Below are positions 1 to 10,840 of a stretch of DNA of 64,000 bases, piece after piece; the first letter of the stretch is position 1; the number at the start of each line of letters is the position of its first letter. This DNA comes from Candidatus Versatilivorator sp. (GTDB lineage Bacteria > Acidobacteriota > Terriglobia > Versatilivoradales > Versatilivoraceae). Under the pieces are notes generated by a model. It was not told the origin of the DNA. It saw only the letters and a list, made by a program, of their open reading frames with translations, and did no database searches. The translations under genes and the position numbers were made by a program. Location of the stretch: positions 3,264,001 to 3,328,000 of the forward strand of contig OZ242296.1 of NCBI GenBank assembly GCA_965207735.1, given 5' to 3'.

Positions 1-2631
1 CCAGCCGGAAATTTGATTCTTGCGGACCAGGAAGGACTCCGAATCCTCGAGGTGAGTGCTGACGGCAGCCGGGTGCGCACGATCGTAAGCGGGTCCGATT
101 CCTCGAATGCCCCAAGTATCAGCAGCCCCATGGCCTCCCCCGACGATTCCCGAAACAAACCCGTTCCCCGAGACTCCCATCCGATCATTGGCGGGGATGA
201 GGTTGCCCCGGGAGAGTGGCCCATGGTGGTACGGATAGGCACCCCAACCAAATTCTGCACTGCAAGCCTGGTGGCCCCCAACTGGGTTCTCACCGCCGCG
301 CATTGTCTGGTCGGTGATGACGGGTCTGTCGATGACCCTAACGACATTTCCGTTTTCCTGGGGCACGACTGGGACAGGGGAGTTTGTGAGAATACCAGAG
401 ATGAGATCGGCCGTGTGATCATCCATCCGGACTATTACTACAAGGGCGAGGGCTTCAGAAACGATGCCGCTCTGGTCGAGATTATGGAGCCTGCTCCGGC
501 TACTCCGGTCAGGGTTCTGACTCCGGAGGAAGAAGCGTGGTATGCCCCTTCCGGCGGTCCCGCCTCTGCCGTCGGTTGGGGCCGAACCGACGATCGCAGC
601 TACCCCCGAATCCTTCACCATGTGGATATCCCCGTCTGGACTCCGGAAGATTGTCTGAGGGACAGCTTGTGGAGAAACGACGAAGTGGTCCACGATCGAA
701 CGTTGTGCGCTGGGAAAGAAGGTATGGGAGCTGATTTGGGAGATAGCGGAGGTCCTCTCCTGGTGGCTCTTCCTGATGGGGATTGGGGACAGGTGGGAAT
801 CGCTTCCCAATGGGGAGGCGCTAGAAGGGGTTACCCGACAGTCTACACCCGGACTTCTGCCCTCTATGACTGGGTCCACCAGCACATTGACGGCGGCCTC
901 CGGTTCTCCCGCCTGGAAGCGGGCCAAGTGCTGACCTCGGAAAGAGGCCGGACGAGCTTCCTGGCGGGTAACCGTTTCGAGGAGACCGATGCAGCAGGGT
1001 CTGTGAGCGCCGGCAGCTACGCCTTTCAAAGCCACGGCCCCCGGACGGGAACGCTGACGTTGACCTACGATGACGACACCTCCTGCACGTTTCAACTCAC
1101 CTTTACTTCCGCTACCGCGGGAACGTCCAGTTACCGCTGCAGCGATGGAAGTTCCGGCAGCCAGAGCTTTCAACTCACATCCGGGGACACAAGCCTGTTC
1201 GTCCCTGTCCTGCTGACCTCGGCCGGGCGCAACAACGCCTTCTTCACCTCGGAGCTGACCCTGACCAACCGGGGAACCGAAGAGGCCACCCTCCACTACA
1301 CCTACACGGCCGATGCGGGAGGCGGAAGCGGAACCGCCACCGACAGCCTGGCCCCGGGGCAGCAGCGCATCCAACCCGACACCATCGGCTACCTCTCAGG
1401 CCTCGGCATCCCCATTCCCGGCTCCGGAAATCGGATCGGGACCCTGCGGGCGGAGGTCTCGGGTTCTTCCCAGGTGAGCCTGACCACCCGCACCGCCACC
1501 GAGGTGCCCGACGGCCGCGCCGGCCTGGCCTATCCCTCCATCGCCGAGGACCAGGGCTTCCAGGAAGCGGTCTACCTGTGCGGGCTGCGCCAGAACACTC
1601 AGGACCGCTCCAACGTGGCCTTCCAGCACATGGGAGCTCCCGATGACGGCCCCGTCACCCTGAGGACCACCGCCTATTCCGGGGAGGCCGACGACACCGG
1701 TTCCCTGGTGGTGGGAGAGGTGGAGCTGCAGCCGGGAGGCTTCCACCAGTACTCGGGACTGCTGGGAAGGCTGGGCAGTCCCGCCCAGGGCTATGTCACG
1801 GTGGAAAAGGTCGAAGGAGATGCGCCTTTCTACGCCTACGGGGTCATCAACGACAACTTCAACTCGGACGGCTCCTTCGTTTTTCCTCTCACCGAGTCCT
1901 CCCTGGTGGGCACGACGGGACAGACCCTGCCGGTCATCATCGAGACCGGCAACTTCCAGAGCGAGCTGACGGTGACCAACTTCTCGGCCGTCGACAAAAC
2001 CGTCGATTTCAGCTTTGTGGCCGATGGGGTCGACAGTGGCGACGACACGGCCGAATTCAGCCTGGAGCTGAAAGCCGGGCAGCAGCTCATCCTCCCCGAA
2101 ATCGTGGAGGAACTGCGGGGGCGGGAAACAGCCGGCATCGGTCCGGCCGGTCGGGCCTTCGTCGGCGCCCTGTTCGCCACGCCGGCCGAGGGGGACCTGA
2201 GCGGGATCGTGATCGGGGCTCGTACGGGAGCTCCCGACAAGAGAGGGGGGCAGTACAGTCTCTTCTACAACGGGGCGCCCTATGGCGGGGCTTCGGTCGA
2301 GAGCGCCTGGATCTACGGGCTGCAACAGAACGCGGAGAACCGCAGCAACCTGGCCTTGGTCAACACGGGAGAGATCGACGACAGCACCAGCACCTTCGAA
2401 ATCACCATATACGACGGCAGCGGAGAGTCCGAACCGAGAACGAGAAGCGTGACGCTGGGTCCCCGCCGCTGGACGCAGGAGAACGGGATTCTAGGCAATA
2501 TCCGTCAGGGATACGTGCAGGTGCGAAAGACCTCGGGCAACAACCCCTTTGTAACCTACGGCGTGATCAACGACGGCGGCAGGCCCGGGGAACGCAGCGG
2601 GGACGGCGCATTCCTGCTCAGCCAGGATTAG
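1..2631 (+). CDS. Trypsin-like (S1) serine protease with large C-terminal beta-rich module; 5'-truncated by window edge
   Basis: IIGG activation site, VLTAAHC (His), NDAAL (Asp), GDSGGP (Ser). Frame is open from base 1 (PAGNLILAD matches DPSGNLIIVN of the downstream paralog). Confidence 0.9.
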   Translation, partial: PAGNLILADQEGLRILEVSADGSRVRTIVSGSDSSNAPSISSPMASPDDSRNKPVPRDSHPIIGGDEVAPGEWPMVVRIGTPTKFCTASLVAPNWVLTAAHCLVGDDGSVDDPNDISVFLGHDWDRGVCENTRDEIGRVIIHPDYYYKGEGFRNDAALVEIMEPAPATPVRVLTPEEEAWYAPSGGPASAVGWGRTDDRSYPRILHHVDIPVWTPEDCLRDSLWRNDEVVHDRTLCAGKEGMGADLGDSGGPLLVALPDGDWGQVGIASQWGGARRGYPTVYTRTSALYDWVHQHIDGGLRFSRLEAGQVLTSERGRTSFLAGNRFEETDAAGSVSAGSYAFQSHGPRTGTLTLTYDDDTSCTFQLTFTSATAGTSSYRCSDGSSGSQSFQLTSGDTSLFVPVLLTSAGRNNAFFTSELTLTNRGTEEATLHYTYTADAGGGSGTATDSLAPGQQRIQPDTIGYLSGLGIPIPGSGNRIGTLRAEVSGSSQVSLTTRTATEVPDGRAGLAYPSIAEDQGFQEAVYLCGLRQNTQDRSNVAFQHMGAPDDGPVTLRTTAYSGEADDTGSLVVGEVELQPGGFHQYSGLLGRLGSPAQGYVTVEKVEGDAPFYAYGVINDNFNSDGSFVFPLTESSLVGTTGQTLPVIIETGNFQSELTVTNFSAVDKTVDFSFVADGVDSGDDTAEFSLELKAGQQLILPEIVEELRGRETAGIGPAGRAFVGALFATPAEGDLSGIVIGARTGAPDKRGGQYSLFYNGAPYGGASVESAWIYGLQQNAENRSNLALVNTGEIDDSTSTFEITIYDGSGESEPRTRSVTLGPRRWTQENGILGNIRQGYVQVRKTSGNNPFVTYGVINDGGRPGERSGDGAFLLSQD

Positions 2632-2754
2632 GCGTTCGGTCTTGGACACTTAGCCCGAAACCCCAGCACCGATTTCCCCAACGCCCACCGCTCTTCGGAT
2701 CAAAATCCAAAGACTTGGTTCGGGGGATCTCCCGTTTGCTGGAGGCAAACACTC

Positions 2755-5700
2755 ATGAACATAGGAACAAGAGTCCTGGCGGCGATTCCCCATTTCATGC
2801 TCGCTCTCGCGTCCATAGCACCTTGTGCTCTCGGACAGGACGATTCAGCAGAATTGTCTCTCTCCAGCCCGCGGGACCTTGTCCTCGATGCCCAGGGCAA
2901 CATTCTAGTCGTCGATCACGATTCCTATCAGGTCTTCAAGGTCACGCGCGACGGAAAGATCTCAGTGTTCGCCGGAACCGGGAAACAGCGGCAACACATG
3001 GATTCGGGCGGCGACGGCGGGCAGGCAACCGAAGCTCAGCTAAGATCTCCGAAGAGCATTGCAGTGGGCGCGCACAACGACGTCTACATCTCCGACCGCG
3101 ACCGAATCCGGCGGGTTGACTCCGGCGGCATTATCACGACCGTCGCCGGAGGAGGAGAATCGGATGGCAGCATACCTCATGGTCAGTTGGCGACCGACGT
3201 TAGCCTGTTCGAGCCAGACGCAATCGCTTTTGATTCGGGTTCAGGCAGATTGTACATCGGGCAAACGGATGAACGGATCTGGCGGGTCGAGAACGCCAGG
3301 ATCTTTCATCATGCGGGGACCGGGGAGACCGGCTGCAGGGGAAACGGACAGCACCCGACCGCGGCGCAATTCGACTTTATTAGCGACATGGCGGTCGGCC
3401 CCGATGGGTCGCTCTATCTAGTCGACACTAACAACCGCAGCATTCGGAAGATCGACCCTGCCGGGACGACGATCACTGCGGCCGCTGGAAATGGAAGACG
3501 GCGGAACGGCCCTATCCCGAATGGGACACCCGCGCTCAGAACGGGCATGAGGCTCCTACAAGGATTGACCTTCGACTCCCGGGGCCGGTTGCACTTTATC
3601 AACGATACTGGAGTCATCTATCGGCTTGAGTCGAACGGCACCTTGACTCTTTTCTCCAATCTCTCCGATCTGTTGGGCAGGTCGGTAACGGGCAGAATGA
3701 TCTTTGATCCTAGCGGGAATCTGATCATTGTCAACAGACATAGCCCCGAAATTCTTGAGGTCAGTGCGGACGGTAGCCGGGTGGGCATCATCGCCAGCGG
3801 ATCCAACTCGCGATCGTCCCAGGGGATCTCCGACATCTCCGAAGTGGCCTCCCCCGAGAATCCCAGTAACAAAAGCACTTCCCGAGACGCCCACTCGATC
3901 ATTGGCGGGGAGGAAGTTTCTCCCGGAAAGTGGCCCTTTGTCGTACGAGTGGACGCCCCAACCAGTTTCTGTACCGGAAGCCTGGTTGCCCCGAACTGGG
4001 TTCTGACCGCCGCCCACTGCGTCGTCGACGATGCCGGGCGGGTGGACGATCCGAGCGATATTTCCATTTTCCTGGGACACGACTTGGATAGAGATATTTG
4101 TGAGAACACCAGAGTGAAAATCGGACGGGTGATCGTCCATCCGGACTATGACCATCGTCCCAAGGGCTTCATCCCCGATGCTGCACTCATCGAGATACTT
4201 GAGCCAGCCTCAGCCGAACCGGTAAGGATACTGACTCCTGAAGAAGACGCCTGGTACGCTCCTCCAGGAACGCTCTCCACCATCATCGGCGGGGGACGGC
4301 AAGAGGGGGGATATCTCACCCGCGTTCTGAGACAGGCGGACCTTCCCGTGATTTCTACCGAGGATTGCAGAAACAACTCCCTTTGGGAACGCTGGCAAAG
4401 CGGGGTCATTAACGATTACGCCCTGTGCGCTGGGGGAATTGAAGGGACAATAACCAGGTTTGGCGATAGCGGAGGTCCCTTTGTCGTCCCCCTTCCCAAG
4501 GGCGGCTGGGGTCAAATAGGAATCGCTGTTCTGGGACCCGGAGGGTTACGCGATGCTGTGGACTACCCAGCAGTCCTCACCCGGACCGCCGCCATCTACG
4601 ATTGGATCCATGAGCATGTTGACGGCGGCGTTCACTTCACCCGCCTGGATGCGGGCCAAGTGCTGAACTCGGAAAGAGGCCGGACGAGCTTCCTGGCGGG
4701 CAACCGTTTCGAGGAGACCGATGCAGCAGGGTCTGTGAGCGCCGGCAGCTACGCCTTTCAAAGCCACGGCCCCCGGACGGGAACGCTGACGTTGACCTAC
4801 GATGACGACACCTCCTGTACGGTTCAACTCACCTTTACTTCCGCAACCGCGGGTACATCCAGCTATCACTGCAGCGACGGAAGTTCCGGCAGCGAGAGTT
4901 TTCAACTGGCATCGGACAGATACAGCATCTTCGTCCCGGTCCTGCTGACCTCGGCCGGGCGCAACAACGCCTTCTTCACCTCGGAGCTGACCTTGACCAA
5001 CCGGGGAACCGAAGAGGCCACCCTCCACTACGCCTACACGGCCCGTTCGGGAGGCGGCAGCGGAACGGCCACCGACCGGCTGGCCCCGGGGCAGCAGAGA
5101 GTCCAATCCAACGCCATCGACTACCTCACCGATCTCGGCATTCCCATCCCCGGCTCCGGGAACCGCATCGGGACCCTCAGAGTGGAGGTCTCGGGTTCTT
5201 CGGAGGTGAGCCTGACCACCCGCACCGCCACCGCCGTGCCCGGCGGCCGGGCCGGCCTGGCCTACCCCTCCATCGCCGAGGAGGAGGGCTTTCAGGAAGC
5301 GGTCTACCTGTGCGGGCTGCGCCAGAACACTCAGGACCGCTCCAACGTGGCCTTCCAGAACATGGGTTCCTCCGATGAGGGCCCCATCACCCTGAGAACC
5401 ACCGTCTATTCCGGGGAGGCCGACGACACCGGCTCCCTGGTCGTGGGAGAGGTGGAGCTGCAACCGGGAGGCTTCCACCAGTACTCGGGACTGCTGGGCA
5501 GGCTGGGCGCTTCGGCCCAGGGCTACGTCAAGGTGGAAAAGGTCTCGGGAGACGCCCCGTTCTACGCCTACGGGGTCATCAACGACAACTTCAACTCGGA
5601 CGGCTCCTTCGTATTTCCCCTGACCGCATCCTCCCTGGTGGGAACCAGAGGCCAGACCCTTCCGGTCATCATCGAGACCGGCAACTTCCAGAGCGAGCTG

Positions 5701-6363
5701 ACGGTGACCAACTTCTCGGCCACGGACAAGACCGTGACCTTCAGCTTCGTGGCCGAGTCAGTCGACACCGGAGACGACACGGCCACCTTCAGCCTGAGGC
5801 TCAAGGCGGGAGAACAGCACATCCTCCCCGGTATCGTGGAGGAACTGCGGCGGCGGGAGGTGGAGGGGATCGGCGGGGCTGACCGGGCCTACGTGGGAGC
5901 GCTGTTCGCCACGCCTGCCGAGGGGGACATGAGCGGCATCGTGATCGGGGCGAGGACGGGGGCGCCGGACCAGAGAGGGGGACAGTACAGCCTCTTCTAC
6001 AACGGGGTGCCCTATGGCTCGGCTTCCGTAGAGAGCGCCTGGATCTACGGGCTGCAGCAGAACGCGGAGAACCGCAGCAACCTGGCCCTGGTCAATACGG
6101 GAGAGATCGACAACAGCTCCATCACCTTCGAGATCACGATTTACGACGGCAGCGGAGAGTCCGAACCGAGAACCAGGAGCGTAACCCTCGGTCCCCGTCG
6201 TTGGACTCAGGAAAACGGGATACTAGGCAGGATCAGCCAAGGGTACGTGCAGGTGCGGAAGACCTCGGGCAACAACCCGTTCATTACCTACGGCGTGATC
6301 AACGACGGCGGCAGGCCGGGGGAACGCAGCGGGGACGGCGCTTTCCTGCTCAGCCAGGAGTAG
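2755..6363 (+). CDS. Secreted NHL-repeat plus trypsin-like serine protease with C-terminal module
   Basis: Signal peptide; NHL repeats (GDGGQATEAQLRSPKSIAV); IIGG, TAAHC, PDAAL, GDSGGP; C-terminal ~570 aa highly similar to the upstream paralog; RBS GGAGG. Confidence 0.92.
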   Translation: MNIGTRVLAAIPHFMLALASIAPCALGQDDSAELSLSSPRDLVLDAQGNILVVDHDSYQVFKVTRDGKISVFAGTGKQRQHMDSGGDGGQATEAQLRSPKSIAVGAHNDVYISDRDRIRRVDSGGIITTVAGGGESDGSIPHGQLATDVSLFEPDAIAFDSGSGRLYIGQTDERIWRVENARIFHHAGTGETGCRGNGQHPTAAQFDFISDMAVGPDGSLYLVDTNNRSIRKIDPAGTTITAAAGNGRRRNGPIPNGTPALRTGMRLLQGLTFDSRGRLHFINDTGVIYRLESNGTLTLFSNLSDLLGRSVTGRMIFDPSGNLIIVNRHSPEILEVSADGSRVGIIASGSNSRSSQGISDISEVASPENPSNKSTSRDAHSIIGGEEVSPGKWPFVVRVDAPTSFCTGSLVAPNWVLTAAHCVVDDAGRVDDPSDISIFLGHDLDRDICENTRVKIGRVIVHPDYDHRPKGFIPDAALIEILEPASAEPVRILTPEEDAWYAPPGTLSTIIGGGRQEGGYLTRVLRQADLPVISTEDCRNNSLWERWQSGVINDYALCAGGIEGTITRFGDSGGPFVVPLPKGGWGQIGIAVLGPGGLRDAVDYPAVLTRTAAIYDWIHEHVDGGVHFTRLDAGQVLNSERGRTSFLAGNRFEETDAAGSVSAGSYAFQSHGPRTGTLTLTYDDDTSCTVQLTFTSATAGTSSYHCSDGSSGSESFQLASDRYSIFVPVLLTSAGRNNAFFTSELTLTNRGTEEATLHYAYTARSGGGSGTATDRLAPGQQRVQSNAIDYLTDLGIPIPGSGNRIGTLRVEVSGSSEVSLTTRTATAVPGGRAGLAYPSIAEEEGFQEAVYLCGLRQNTQDRSNVAFQNMGSSDEGPITLRTTVYSGEADDTGSLVVGEVELQPGGFHQYSGLLGRLGASAQGYVKVEKVSGDAPFYAYGVINDNFNSDGSFVFPLTASSLVGTRGQTLPVIIETGNFQSELTVTNFSATDKTVTFSFVAESVDTGDDTATFSLRLKAGEQHILPGIVEELRRREVEGIGGADRAYVGALFATPAEGDMSGIVIGARTGAPDQRGGQYSLFYNGVPYGSASVESAWIYGLQQNAENRSNLALVNTGEIDNSSITFEITIYDGSGESEPRTRSVTLGPRRWTQENGILGRISQGYVQVRKTSGNNPFITYGVINDGGRPGERSGDGAFLLSQE

Positions 6364-6530
6364 GCGCTCCCGCTTTCAAAAGCTTGATTGTTCTCCCCGG
6401 AGTCTGCGTTATGGAACAATAGCCACGACTTCCGGGAGGCAGCGCCCCTCTTTCCGACGATACGACAACTCAACAAGGGATCGTCTGCCGATTCGTAATT
6501 TTCCCGGCGCCGCCGGTGAGGAGGACGGCC

Positions 6531-8339
6531 ATGATCGATATCTCTGGAAGCCCCCGAGGGCGGGGTTGGCGACCGAATCGCCGTCAGTTTCTGAATGCGG
6601 CGGCGCTGGGGGGTCTCAGCCTGCGGTTCCGGACCCAAGCTTCGGCCGCCGCGGGCCAAGGGCCGGCCACGGGGGACGGAGTCGTCTATGTGACCGACCT
6701 GGACCGGTGCCGGCCCGCTTCCGCTCTGTCCACGCGTCTGAAGCGCGGGACCTGGAAGAAGCTGGAGTACGAAACCGACGACTTCGGCGGAACCATGCTG
6801 GTGGCCTTGGAGGAGAGTGCCGCTCCAGACCTGACCTACGCCCTGAACCGCAGCGGCTGGCACCGGATCTACGTCGGCATTTACCGAAAGCCTTTCGAGC
6901 AACCCAAACAGGTTCAGGTCAAGTTGTCGGGAGATCCCGCCTACACCACCGTAACCGGCCGGCGGGGAGAAACCGACCATCGCGAGAACTGGATCGACGA
7001 CATCTACTGGAAAAGCGCCGATCTGAGCGGGCGCGACCTGCTCATCCGCCAGACCCGGATACCCCGCACCCGGCACGGTTGGCTGGCCTACATCAAGCTG
7101 GTCCCCCTGTCGGCGCCGCAGGTGGAGACTCTGCAGCGGGACCGCGCTCAAAAGGCGACCAAGCGCCTGTTCGTGCACACCGACGCCCATTTTTCCAATG
7201 TTTCCGGATCGGCCGAGGAGGTGCTCAAGTACCTCGAGCCTCTGCGGCACACCGACGTGTCGCGGGTCTACTGGGAGGCCGGCGGCGGGGACCGGACCCT
7301 CTACCTCTCCAGGATTGCCGAGGATTACGGGCGGGCCTTCAACCAGCCGGACCCGGTCTTCCCCAGGGCCGTCGATCGGGAGTTGGCGTTAACCTGGAGG
7401 AACTATCGCCAAAAAGGGGTGGATCCATTGCGCGCGGCCGCCGAGTTGGCTCGGGAGATGGGAATCGAGCTGCACGCCTCCTACCGCACCGCCGGGTTCG
7501 TCTACCCGGCCCCCCACGACCACATTGCGGGCAGCTTTTACGAGAAGCATCCGGAACTGGCTTGCCTGGATCGGCTGGGCAGGCCCATGCCCCGAATTTC
7601 CTACGCCTTCCCCGAGACCCGCCGCTACGTGATCTCTCTTTTCCGGGAGATGGCCGAATACCCCATCGACGGGGTGGGAGTCCTCTACAATCGCCGGCCT
7701 CCCCTGGTGGCATACGAGGAACCACTGGTCCGGGGGTTCCAGACCCGATACGGCCAGGACCCCCGCCGGCTGGATGAGCTGGACCACCGCTGGCTCACCT
7801 TCCGCTGCCAGGCTCTGACCCGGTTCATGCGGGAGCTGCGCCAGGCCATGGATGAGGCCACCCGACCCACCAGCCGCTCCAAACGGCTGGCCATCTCGGC
7901 GGTGGTGTTCCGTCCCGAGGAGAACCTGCTGCACGGAATGGACCTGAAGACCTGGATCGCCGAGGGCCTGGTGGACACCATCATCCCCTACTCCTCCTCC
8001 ATCCGGCTCAACAGCTACCAGCCCGCTTGGGACAAGCCCGAGGATGTCGATTACTTCGTCTCGCTGGTTCGGGGGACCCGGTGCCGGCTGGCGCTCAACC
8101 TGATGCCTCGGGGGCTGACCGCCGAAGAGTATCGCCGCAAGGCTCTCCGGCTCTATGGTGCCGGGGTCGAGCACTTCTTTTTCTGGGATGGCATCAGCCG
8201 GGTCCGCAAGGTTCCGCGACTCGGACACAAGGAGGAGGTGGCGGCCTGGTCGGCCGCCGGCGAGCCGCCGATCCTGCCCACGGCCACGCGCTTGCGCAAG
8301 CTGGGAGAATGGGATCTCACCCTGGAGACACCCGGGTAG
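6531..8339 (+). CDS. Tat-exported glycoside-hydrolase-like (GHL10-like TIM barrel) protein
   Basis: RBS GAGGAGG; twin-Arg NRRQFL; motifs DPLRAAAELAREMGIELHASYR, SYAFPETR, YPIDGV, MDLKTWIAEGLVD. Confidence 0.7.
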   Translation: MIDISGSPRGRGWRPNRRQFLNAAALGGLSLRFRTQASAAAGQGPATGDGVVYVTDLDRCRPASALSTRLKRGTWKKLEYETDDFGGTMLVALEESAAPDLTYALNRSGWHRIYVGIYRKPFEQPKQVQVKLSGDPAYTTVTGRRGETDHRENWIDDIYWKSADLSGRDLLIRQTRIPRTRHGWLAYIKLVPLSAPQVETLQRDRAQKATKRLFVHTDAHFSNVSGSAEEVLKYLEPLRHTDVSRVYWEAGGGDRTLYLSRIAEDYGRAFNQPDPVFPRAVDRELALTWRNYRQKGVDPLRAAAELAREMGIELHASYRTAGFVYPAPHDHIAGSFYEKHPELACLDRLGRPMPRISYAFPETRRYVISLFREMAEYPIDGVGVLYNRRPPLVAYEEPLVRGFQTRYGQDPRRLDELDHRWLTFRCQALTRFMRELRQAMDEATRPTSRSKRLAISAVVFRPEENLLHGMDLKTWIAEGLVDTIIPYSSSIRLNSYQPAWDKPEDVDYFVSLVRGTRCRLALNLMPRGLTAEEYRRKALRLYGAGVEHFFFWDGISRVRKVPRLGHKEEVAAWSAAGEPPILPTATRLRKLGEWDLTLETPG

Positions 8340-8366
8340 AATCGCACTTCCCACCGGGGAGCAGAA

Positions 8367-9056
8367 TTGAACATGGACATCGATGGAACCGAAAACAGAC
8401 CCGTGAATTGCGGCCAGCAGCCCACCGCAACTGGTGAACGGACCAGTACCATCAACCTCGGCAATCAATGGCAGGAGTTTCTGAGGAATGTCGCACGCAC
8501 CGGCCGGCGGCTGTTTTGGGAAAATACGGCTACGTCTTTTCTGGTCCTGATCGTGCTTGGAGCGATTTCCGGATTCAGCGACGGTCGAGAGGCATTGGCG
8601 TTGAAGGCACTTTGTGGAGGTTCGGCGGCTGCGGCCATCATCCTTTGCTACCGGATGAAGCGAATCGTAAATCCTGAAGAACTCCTCCTTGACACCGATG
8701 GCCCTGCCAACCCGGAAGACCTGAGCACCCAAGCCGGCCACCACTTGAGGTCATTGCAACGCCTGACGTACGCGGCAGCGGCGTTGAGCAGCACCAGCGC
8801 AGTACTTCTATATTTCCTGGTCCCCTCCCAGCTCGCTCTCGGAGTATTAGACAACTTGAACAACTGGGCCCCAGAGGGACTGATGCTCAAGTTTGTCGCA
8901 TTTGTGGTTCTCCTGGGTATCTGGGGCATGGTGATGTGGTCGCGGAGGACCAAGAGTTTTTCGGAACTTTGGTGGGACCAGAGGCAGATGACATTGCCGG
9001 TCCGGCACCGAGAAGTCACTGGGAAGCTGCTGGATCCGGGGCAGACGTCCGACTGA
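8367..9056 (+). CDS. Hypothetical membrane protein (about 4 TM segments)
   Basis: 229-aa ORF with four hydrophobic stretches; fills the gap between neighbouring genes. Confidence 0.6.
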   Translation: MNMDIDGTENRPVNCGQQPTATGERTSTINLGNQWQEFLRNVARTGRRLFWENTATSFLVLIVLGAISGFSDGREALALKALCGGSAAAAIILCYRMKRIVNPEELLLDTDGPANPEDLSTQAGHHLRSLQRLTYAAAALSSTSAVLLYFLVPSQLALGVLDNLNNWAPEGLMLKFVAFVVLLGIWGMVMWSRRTKSFSELWWDQRQMTLPVRHREVTGKLLDPGQTSD

Positions 9057-9080
9057 AATCTACCCGCGAACTCCACTCCC

Positions 9081-10028
9081 TCAACCCAGGCTCTCGTCCC
9101 AACCCAGGACGCCGCGTCCCCGTTCCACCACCGCTGCAGCCACTTGCTGGGCCCGGGACACCGCCTCCGGCAGCGGGCAATCCTCGATCAGGGCCGCGAT
9201 CAAGGCTCCGTTGAAGGCGTCCCCGGCCCCAATACTGACGTTGCCGGATGCCACCCGGACCGGGGGCTGGTGGGCAAAGGGTTCCTTCATGGACTGGTAG
9301 GCAGCCCCGTCGGAGCCCATCTTGAGGACGACCGTGTGGGGCCCGGCCGCCAGCACGCGTTCGGCCACCTCCCGGCCGGTTCGGCCGGAGGTCCAGACGG
9401 TCAACTCTTCCAGGGTGCCCACCACCACTTCGGCCCGGGCCCACAACTCTCTCACCTGCTCGGGCGTCGCCTTGCCCGTCCAGCCCAGACCGGTGTCCAG
9501 CACCCGCACCCGGTCAGGCCCGCCGAAAGCCTCCAGCAGATTCAGCACCTGGGGCAGCACCTCCAGCGGGATCTGCCCCGGCAGGCTGGCCAGCAACCAG
9601 GTCGCCTCTTCGTCCTGAGCCGACAGGCTCCAGTCCAGAGCCGGTCCGACGTGCTGCAGGGTTCCCAGCCGCCGTCCGGCGGCGTCCGCCGCGGTGATGG
9701 CCTGCATGGTGGAGTACCCTGGGGGAGCGATACACTTCACGCCGGCCCGCTCCAGCCAGCCCCGGACCAGTCGCCCGGCCGGGTCCTGGCCAATGGGAGC
9801 GTTGAGGTGAACCTTCCGGCCCAGTTTCCCCAGCACGTAGGAAGCCGATCCCCCATTGCCGCCCAGGCCCATTTCGGGGGGCGAGCGCAGCGGGAGCAGG
9901 GTCCGGTGGGTGTAGACGTCCCGCGGCACCTCGCCGATCCAGTGGCGGGGCGGATCGCGCAGGGTCACATCCAGCCCTGCAGATCCGGCCACGGCCACAA
10001 CCGTGGATGGCAAATTTTCAGTAGACAT
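9081..10028 (-). CDS. PfkB/ribokinase-family carbohydrate kinase
   Basis: GGNGGS N-terminal motif, VVLKMGSDGA, anion hole SIGAGDAFNGA. Confidence 0.88.
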   Translation of the reverse strand: MSTENLPSTVVAVAGSAGLDVTLRDPPRHWIGEVPRDVYTHRTLLPLRSPPEMGLGGNGGSASYVLGKLGRKVHLNAPIGQDPAGRLVRGWLERAGVKCIAPPGYSTMQAITAADAAGRRLGTLQHVGPALDWSLSAQDEEATWLLASLPGQIPLEVLPQVLNLLEAFGGPDRVRVLDTGLGWTGKATPEQVRELWARAEVVVGTLEELTVWTSGRTGREVAERVLAAGPHTVVLKMGSDGAAYQSMKEPFAHQPPVRVASGNVSIGAGDAFNGALIAALIEDCPLPEAVSRAQQVAAAVVERGRGVLGWDESLG

Positions 10029-10057
10029 GGCTGGATGCAATCGAAGACCCGGCCGCC

Positions 10058-10840
10058 TCAGTCGCCCCGGTCGATGCCGCCCAGGATGTCGGCGGAACCG
10101 CGTTCCAGCAGCTGGGTGTCGGAGCCGGTGAGAATGATGCGGTACCCCCGGCCGATCATGCGGTTGGCGGTGGCGTTGTCGAGGGCCAACCCACCCAGGT
10201 AGGTGGGGCCGGCCAGAATGACCTCCTCGGCGAGACCGATGGCGTCCTGGACTTCCTGGTGGTCGGGACCATCCCGATAACCATAGCTCATGGCCAGGTC
10301 GTTGGGGGCAATCTGGCAGGCGTCCACGCCCGGAACGTTCACGATCGCCTGGATGTTGTCGATCGCCTCACGGTGCTCGATCAGCAGCATGCACAGGATC
10401 TGGTCGTCCGCCGCGTCGACGTAGGCTTCCCGGGTTATCCCAAACCTGGCAGGCCCGTAGAACGGGCCGTAGCCGCGATTGCCTCGTGGCGGGTAGCGAA
10501 CGGACCGGGCGGCGGCTTCGGCCTCGGCCCGGTTGTGGATCATGGGGAAGACCATCCCCATGGCGCCGGCGTCCAGCACCGGCTTGACCAGCCAATGCAG
10601 GTTCCAGGGCACTCGAACGATGGGGGTGGCGCGGGTCCCCTGGGTAACCGTCACCATGGCATGAACCGAGGCGATGTCGATCGGTCCGTGCTCCATGTCG
10701 AAGAAGAGCCAGTCGAAGCCGGCCGCGGCCAGGATCTGGGTGGTGGCCACGCTGGGCATGGAGACCAGCATGCCGATGGCAGGCTTGTCTGCGGCCAAGC
10801 GAGCCTTCAGGGGATTGATGGCGGGGGTGTCGGGTCTCAA
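10058..10840 (-). CDS. HpcH/HpaI aldolase/citrate lyase family protein
   Basis: GFDWLFFDMEHGP, VRVP, LDAGAMG, RYPPRGNRG, LIEH motifs. Confidence 0.92.
   Translation of the reverse strand: MRPDTPAINPLKARLAADKPAIGMLVSMPSVATTQILAAAGFDWLFFDMEHGPIDIASVHAMVTVTQGTRATPIVRVPWNLHWLVKPVLDAGAMGMVFPMIHNRAEAEAAARSVRYPPRGNRGYGPFYGPARFGITREAYVDAADDQILCMLLIEHREAIDNIQAIVNVPGVDACQIAPNDLAMSYGYRDGPDHQEVQDAIGLAEEVILAGPTYLGGLALDNATANRMIGRGYRIILTGSDTQLLERGSADILGGIDRGD

Noticed and set aside
1-6363. Diversity-generating retroelement acting on the protease paralogs
   Set aside because: No reverse transcriptase in the window, and the differences between repeats are not adenine-specific.
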